NCBI GenBank assembly: GCA_021324815.1
Contig: JAJPIJ010000042.1
Coordinates: 9,505-73,504, forward strand
Length of the DNA stretch: 64,000 bases
From: Gammaproteobacteria bacterium
GTDB lineage: Bacteria > Pseudomonadota > Gammaproteobacteria > JAJPIJ01
Reading direction: 5' to 3'
Shown here piece after piece: positions 59,529-64,000 of this stretch. A program made the translations under genes and the position numbers. Numbering within the stretch: position 1 is the first letter of the stretch; the number at the start of each line of letters is the position of its first letter. Under the pieces are notes generated by a model. That model saw only the letters and a list, made by a program, of their open reading frames with translations. It had not been told where the DNA came from and did not search any database.

Positions 59529-60674
59529 TCAGGCGACGCGGTTGCGGCCGGCACCCTTGGCGTTGTAGAGCGCCGTGTCCGCCAGCTTCACCAGTTGCGC
59601 GGCCAGCACGCCGGTGGACTGGTCCGTCGGAAAACTGTTCAAAGTGCCGACGCCGAGGGACGCGGTCAGGGACAGGGTGGCCTGGTCCAGCAGGTTGACG
59701 GGCGCGCCGGCGATGCGCTGCCGTATGCGTTCGGCCACCTCGCGCGCGAGCTTCTCCGGCGTGCCGGACAGCAGCACGGTGAATTCCTCGCCGCCGTAGC
59801 GCGCCACGAAATCGATGCTGCGCAGCTGCTCGCGGATGCGCAGCGCCACGGTGCGCAGGACCTCGTCGCCCACCAGATGGCCGTGCTGATCGTTGATGCG
59901 CTTGAAGTGATCGATGTCGATGAACAGGCAGGAGAGCGGCTGGCGCGCGCGGCGGGCCCGCGCGATCTCCTCCGGCAGGCGCTGGTCGAAGTAACGGCGG
60001 TTGTTGATGCCGGTGAGCGGATCGATGAGGCCGAGGTGCTTGAGCTGTTCACGGTTGCAGGCGTTTTCCAGCGACAGGGCGATGACGGCGGCGATGTGTT
60101 GCAGGAAATCCGTGGCGCTGCCGGCCTCGAAGCGGTCCGCCTGCCGGCTGCCGAGATTCAGGCTGCCGAGGTATTCCTGGCCGCGCATCAGCGGCAGCAG
60201 CGCCACGCTGGCGGGCGCCGGCACGCCGGTGGTGCGGAAACAATCGGCGTGCCGCCTGGGATCATAAGGACCGAGCACGGGGATGGTCAGTCCCTCGTAG
60301 AGGGAAAGAAAATGCTGCTGGTTGTCGTGGTAGATGATCTCCAGCACCTGGCTTTCCAGCGTCCGGCTGATTTCAATCAACACGCGCTGGATCTCGAATT
60401 GCGGATCGAAAATTTCCAGGGAAACCACGTCGCAGTCGAAGCGCTCGGGGGCGTTGCGCAGCAGGCGTTCGAGCAGCGTGGGCAGATCCGCGCTGCCCAT
60501 CAATTCCAGCTCCAGCGTCTGGAATTTTTTCAGCGTGATTTCATTCTCCCGCGCCGCGGTCAGCAGCGCGTCCAGCCGCTGTTTCAGGACGGCCTCGCCG
60601 GCGGTTTCCGTGGCGGGGAGCATCGGGGGGGCGGTCACGTCTGAAAAAGGGGCCGCGGGGAAAAGCGGCGTCAA
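59529..60674 (-). CDS. Diguanylate cyclase (GGDEF) with an N-terminal GAF/DUF484-like sensory domain.
   Basis: The C-terminal ..RYFDQRLPEEIARARRARQPLSCLFIDIDHFKRINDQHGHLVGDEVLRTVALRI...ARYGGEEFTVLL.. has an intact GGEEF active-site motif and an RxxD I-site-like segment. Confidence 0.85.
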   Translation of the reverse strand: MTPLFPAAPFSDVTAPPMLPATETAGEAVLKQRLDALLTAARENEITLKKFQTLELELMGSADLPTLLERLLRNAPERFDCDVVSLEIFDPQFEIQRVLIEISRTLESQVLEIIYHDNQQHFLSLYEGLTIPVLGPYDPRRHADCFRTTGVPAPASVALLPLMRGQEYLGSLNLGSRQADRFEAGSATDFLQHIAAVIALSLENACNREQLKHLGLIDPLTGINNRRYFDQRLPEEIARARRARQPLSCLFIDIDHFKRINDQHGHLVGDEVLRTVALRIREQLRSIDFVARYGGEEFTVLLSGTPEKLAREVAERIRQRIAGAPVNLLDQATLSLTASLGVGTLNSFPTDQSTGVLAAQLVKLADTALYNAKGAGRNRVA

Positions 60675-62815
60675 TCGGCGTGCGTGGCCAAGCCGTTCCG
60701 CGGCACGCCGGAGCCCGCCTGCTGGGGTGTCGGGACGATCAAATCGCTCAGCACGTGCGCGGCCTCGTTCAGGACGATGTCCACCGGCTTGGCCGCGTCC
60801 TTGCGCGGCGGATTGTCCGCGCCGTCGTCATCGGTCTTGTCCTCGTCGGGGGGCGGCGGGGGCTGGCCGGTGGCCGCGCGGAACGCCGCCTCGCGCTGCT
60901 TGAGCTCCTGCTGCGTTCGTTCCTGCTCCTGCCGGCGCACGGATTCCACCAGCGAGAGGCGCGTCCTGGCGCGCGCCTCGCGCACGGCCTTGTCCTGCTC
61001 GAGCAGCAGCTGGAAGGCGCGATCCTCCTGCAGGCGCTGTTCGTGCCTGCTGCGCTCGGAGGCATAGGCGCCGACCGGCGCCTGGGCGGCGACGAAATTG
61101 GCCGGATCGATGTGCGCCCACGGCAGCGCGTTGGGCAGCGAACGTTCGCCATCCTCCACGGTTTCCAGCTCGGGGGGGAAGGGCACGTCCGGCAGTACGC
61201 CGCGGTGCTGGGTGCTGTCGCCGTTGATGCGGAAGAACTGCGCGATGGTGGCCTTGAGCTGGCCGAGGTGGCCCGCGTTCTTGCGATCATACTGGTCCAG
61301 ATCGACGAGGTTCTGCACGGTGCCCTTGCCGAAGGTGGGCTCGCCGATGATGACGCCGCGGCGGTAGTCCTGGATGGCGGCGGCGAAGATTTCCGAGGCC
61401 GAGGCGCTGTTGCCGTCGACCAGCACCGCCAGCGGACCGCCGTAGGCGATGCCCGGGTCGTCGGCGCGCTCCACGTGCAGCGAGCCGTCGGCGCTCTTCA
61501 CCTGCACCACCGGGCCGCTGCCGATGAACAGGCCCGTCAGTTCGGTGGCCTCCGACAGCGAGCCGCCGCCGTTGCCGCGCAGGTCGATGAGCAGGCCGTC
61601 GATGCCTGCCGCGGTCAGTTCGTTGATGAGCTTGCGCACGTCGCGCGTGGTGCTGCGGTAATTCTTGTCGCCGCGCGCCCGCGCCTCGAAATCCTGGTAG
61701 AAAGTCGGCAGGTTGATGACGCCGATTTTGATCTTTCTGCCGCCGTCCGCCACCTCGATGACGGATTTCTTGGCGGCCTCGTCCTCCAGCTCGATCTTGT
61801 TGCGGACCAGGGTGATGGTGCGCGTGGGGCCGCCGGGACCGGCGCCCTTGGGCAGGACCTGCAGGCGCACGGTGGAGCCCTTCTTGCCGCGGATGAGATC
61901 GACCACGTCATCGAGCCGCCAGCCGACGACGTCCACGATCGGCTCGGTGGCGCCCTGGCCCACGCCGGTGATGCGATCATCCTCGTGCAGCAGGCCGCTC
62001 TTGTCCGCGGGACCGCCCTTCAGGATCTGCCGCACCTGGGTGTACTCGTTGTCGGATTGCAGCACCGCCCCGATGCCCTCCAGCGACAGGCTCATGCGGA
62101 TGCGGAAATTCTCCGACGTGCGCGGCGAGAAATACGCCGTGTGCGGCTCGATGGCGGTGAGATAGGCGTTGATGAACAGCTCGAACACGTCCTCCGAGTT
62201 CAATTGATCCATGCGCCGCTGCATGTCCTCGTACCGGCGCGTGAGGATTTTCTTGATGTCGTCCATGGACGTCTTTCCGGACAGGCGCAGGCTCAGGACG
62301 TCGTTCTTCACCCGCTTGCGCCAGTACTCGTCCAGTTCGGCGCGCCCGGCCCAGGGCGATTTGCTGCGGTCGAAGACGTAGTCCTCGTTGACGGTGAAAT
62401 CCATGGGCCGGTTCAGCAATTCCAGTTCGGCGCGGGTGCGCTCGTCGAGGCGGTCACGAAAGCGGATGAAGATGGCAAAGGCGGTGTCCAGCCTGGCCTC
62501 GCGCAACTGGTCATCCAGCTGATCGCGGGCCGGGGAAAACTCCTTGATGTCACTGTCGAGAAAATAGCTGTGGTTGGGATCGAGGCTGTCCAGGTAGCGG
62601 TCGAATATCTGCCGCGACAGCGCGTCGTCCAGCGGCACCTTCTTGTAATGATAGTTGGCGATGAAATCGGTGATGAGCTCGGTGGCCCGGGTCTGGCTCT
62701 CGGTCGGCACGAGGTCGGCCTTGTTGACCACGGGCACAAGGGCGCACACGCCCGCCGCCGCGGCGAGCAGCAATCCCAGGAGCGGCAGACGCAAATGGCG
62801 TGCGGAGAACGACAT
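60671..62815 (-). CDS. prc: Carboxy-terminal processing (tail-specific) protease Prc, S41A family.
   Basis: The 714-aa protein has a signal peptide, a PDZ region and an S41 catalytic core (..GVIIGEPTFGKGTVQ.., ..DGNSASASEIFAAAIQDY..). Its overall size matches Prc/Tsp. Confidence 0.9.
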   Translation of the reverse strand: MSFSARHLRLPLLGLLLAAAAGVCALVPVVNKADLVPTESQTRATELITDFIANYHYKKVPLDDALSRQIFDRYLDSLDPNHSYFLDSDIKEFSPARDQLDDQLREARLDTAFAIFIRFRDRLDERTRAELELLNRPMDFTVNEDYVFDRSKSPWAGRAELDEYWRKRVKNDVLSLRLSGKTSMDDIKKILTRRYEDMQRRMDQLNSEDVFELFINAYLTAIEPHTAYFSPRTSENFRIRMSLSLEGIGAVLQSDNEYTQVRQILKGGPADKSGLLHEDDRITGVGQGATEPIVDVVGWRLDDVVDLIRGKKGSTVRLQVLPKGAGPGGPTRTITLVRNKIELEDEAAKKSVIEVADGGRKIKIGVINLPTFYQDFEARARGDKNYRSTTRDVRKLINELTAAGIDGLLIDLRGNGGGSLSEATELTGLFIGSGPVVQVKSADGSLHVERADDPGIAYGGPLAVLVDGNSASASEIFAAAIQDYRRGVIIGEPTFGKGTVQNLVDLDQYDRKNAGHLGQLKATIAQFFRINGDSTQHRGVLPDVPFPPELETVEDGERSLPNALPWAHIDPANFVAAQAPVGAYASERSRHEQRLQEDRAFQLLLEQDKAVREARARTRLSLVESVRRQEQERTQQELKQREAAFRAATGQPPPPPDEDKTDDDGADNPPRKDAAKPVDIVLNEAAHVLSDLIVPTPQQAGSGVPRNGLATHAD

Positions 62816-62925
62816 GGCGGCGTTTATTGAATCATCCTCGAAGGGGCAATTTTAACCGAAAACATGAGCGGCTGCTGCATTTGATCCGGGTGCCCGCCGC
62901 CGCGGAGTGATACACTTTCACGCAT

Positions 62926-64000
62926 GTCATCTCTCCACGTTGACCGGCGCGCCCGCCACAGGTTCCTGGCGGCGGCCATCGCCGCCGCCGTGGCGCTGCT
63001 GCCGGCGGCTTGCGGCCGCAAGCAGGTTCCGGCGCCCGCGGTTCCGGCGGCCCGGACAGCCCCGGCCTGCGATCCGGACAACGGCGGATTGAAACTCCCG
63101 CCGGGTTTTTGCGCCCTCATCGTCGCCGATCATTTCGCCAATCTTCACGACATCGTGGTGACGGCGCGGGGGGATATTTACGGTTCCATGCTCAACCGGC
63201 GGCTGGGCTTCGGACGTCTGGTGGCCTTGCGGGACAGCGACGGCGACGGACGCGCCGATCAGATCCAGGAATTCGGCGATCGCGGCGGCGTGGGCCTGGC
63301 GCTTTGGAACAATCATCTGTATCTCGGCGCCGACGACGCCGTGTGGCGTTATCCATTGCAGGAATGGCTACCGTCGGCGCCGGCGGAACTCGTGGTGGGC
63401 GATCTGCCGGCCAGTGACGTGCTGGCCTCCAAGACGCTGGCCTTCGACGACGACGGTGGCTTGTACGTCAGCGTCGGCGCGCCGTCGAACGCCTGCCAGC
63501 AGGTCGATCGCGGCCCCGGTTCGCCGGGACTGGATCCCTGCCCGCAACTCGATCGGCACGCCGGCATCTGGCGTTTCACCGCCGATCGGCCCGGCCAGAC
63601 ATTCGACGCGGATGGGAGCAAGTACGCCGGCGGCATACGCCATGCGCTGGCCATGGCCTGGCACCGGCAGACGCGGGCGCTGTACGTGGTCCAGCATGGC
63701 CGCGATGAGCTCAGCGAATTGTGGCCGGATCGCTTCACCTCGGAACAGGGCGAGCTGCTGCCGGCCGAGGAAATGTTGAAGATCACGCCGGGCGCGCAGT
63801 TCAGCTGGCCGTATTGTTACTATGACGGCTTCCAGCGGCGCCGGGTGCTGGCGCCGGAATACGGCGGCGACGGGCTGCGCACCGATCGCTGCACGGACTA
63901 TCCGGCGCCGGTGGTGGCCTTTCCGGCGCATTACGGCCCCAACGGCATGCTGTTTTATCAGGGCGGACAGTTCCCCGCGCGCTATCGCGGCGGCGCCTTC
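62926..64000 (+). CDS. PQQ-dependent sugar dehydrogenase-like lipoprotein (glucose/sorbosone dehydrogenase family), 3'-truncated at the window edge.
   Basis: The ATG at 62926 is followed by a lipoprotein-like signal (..AAVALLPAACG). Beta-propeller sugar-dehydrogenase blocks (..LAFDDDGGLYVSVGAPSNAC.., ..GIRHALAMAWHRQTRALYVVQHGRDEL..) are present. The frame remains open to the window end. Confidence 0.65.

Overview
This is a high-GC (about 68%) proteobacterial chromosomal window that is densely coding on both strands. No rRNA, tRNA, CRISPR array, integrase or transposase was recognised.

Main gene content, in order along the window:
- **Start of window to ~5.6 kb:** the 3' end of a peptide-type ABC transporter (a partial permease plus a tandem-ATPase subunit), then a molybdate uptake locus: a ModE-like regulator, a ModE operator, and modA, modB and modC.
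- **~5.6-14.1 kb:** gor, an isocitrate/isopropylmalate-dehydrogenase-family gene divergent from a methylisocitrate-lyase-like gene, and a secreted DUF255 thioredoxin-like protein. Then dapB, followed by an orphan MNIO (DUF692) plus DUF2063 maturase-like pair that has no visible precursor peptide, and a DUF488 gene.
- **~14.1-15.0 kb:** mscL, an unannotated 32-aa ribosomal protein bTHX gene, and fmdB.
- **~15.0-29 kb:** a complete assimilatory nitrate/nitrite locus.
  - The first transcription unit is an AlgE-like porin with nasT and nasS.
  - The second is nrtA, nrtB and a fused nrtCD, then nirB, nirD and nasA.
  - Each unit is preceded by an apparent sigma54 promoter and an NtrC-like site; the second also has a NasT-type leader with hairpins and an intrinsic terminator.
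- **~29-38 kb:** a tandem-repeat peptidoglycan-binding protein, chrA, and a Y-family polymerase disrupted by one in-frame TGA. These are followed by a set of secreted proteins (a YVTN beta-propeller protein, an SRPBCC protein, a DUF192 protein and IalB) with an ECF sigma/anti-sigma pair.
- **~38-46 kb:** tsaA, a translationally coupled DUF2167-M50 protease pair, a two-domain PPK2, and lhr.
- **~46-64 kb:** a 1229-aa PilZ-DUF1631-degenerate GGDEF/EAL protein beside a Ser/Thr kinase with a cNMP-binding domain, then glxK, an FHA protein, an M16 peptidase, avtA, an aldo-keto reductase, a GGDEF cyclase, prc, and a partial PQQ-type sugar dehydrogenase at the window end.

Notable non-coding structure:
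- A GGGAGAGGG-type palindromic repeat family with several copies, one inserted in-frame inside nasA.
- A 99-bp inverted-repeat-bounded (MITE-like) element carrying an FNR-type box.
- A G10 tract in a divergent promoter.
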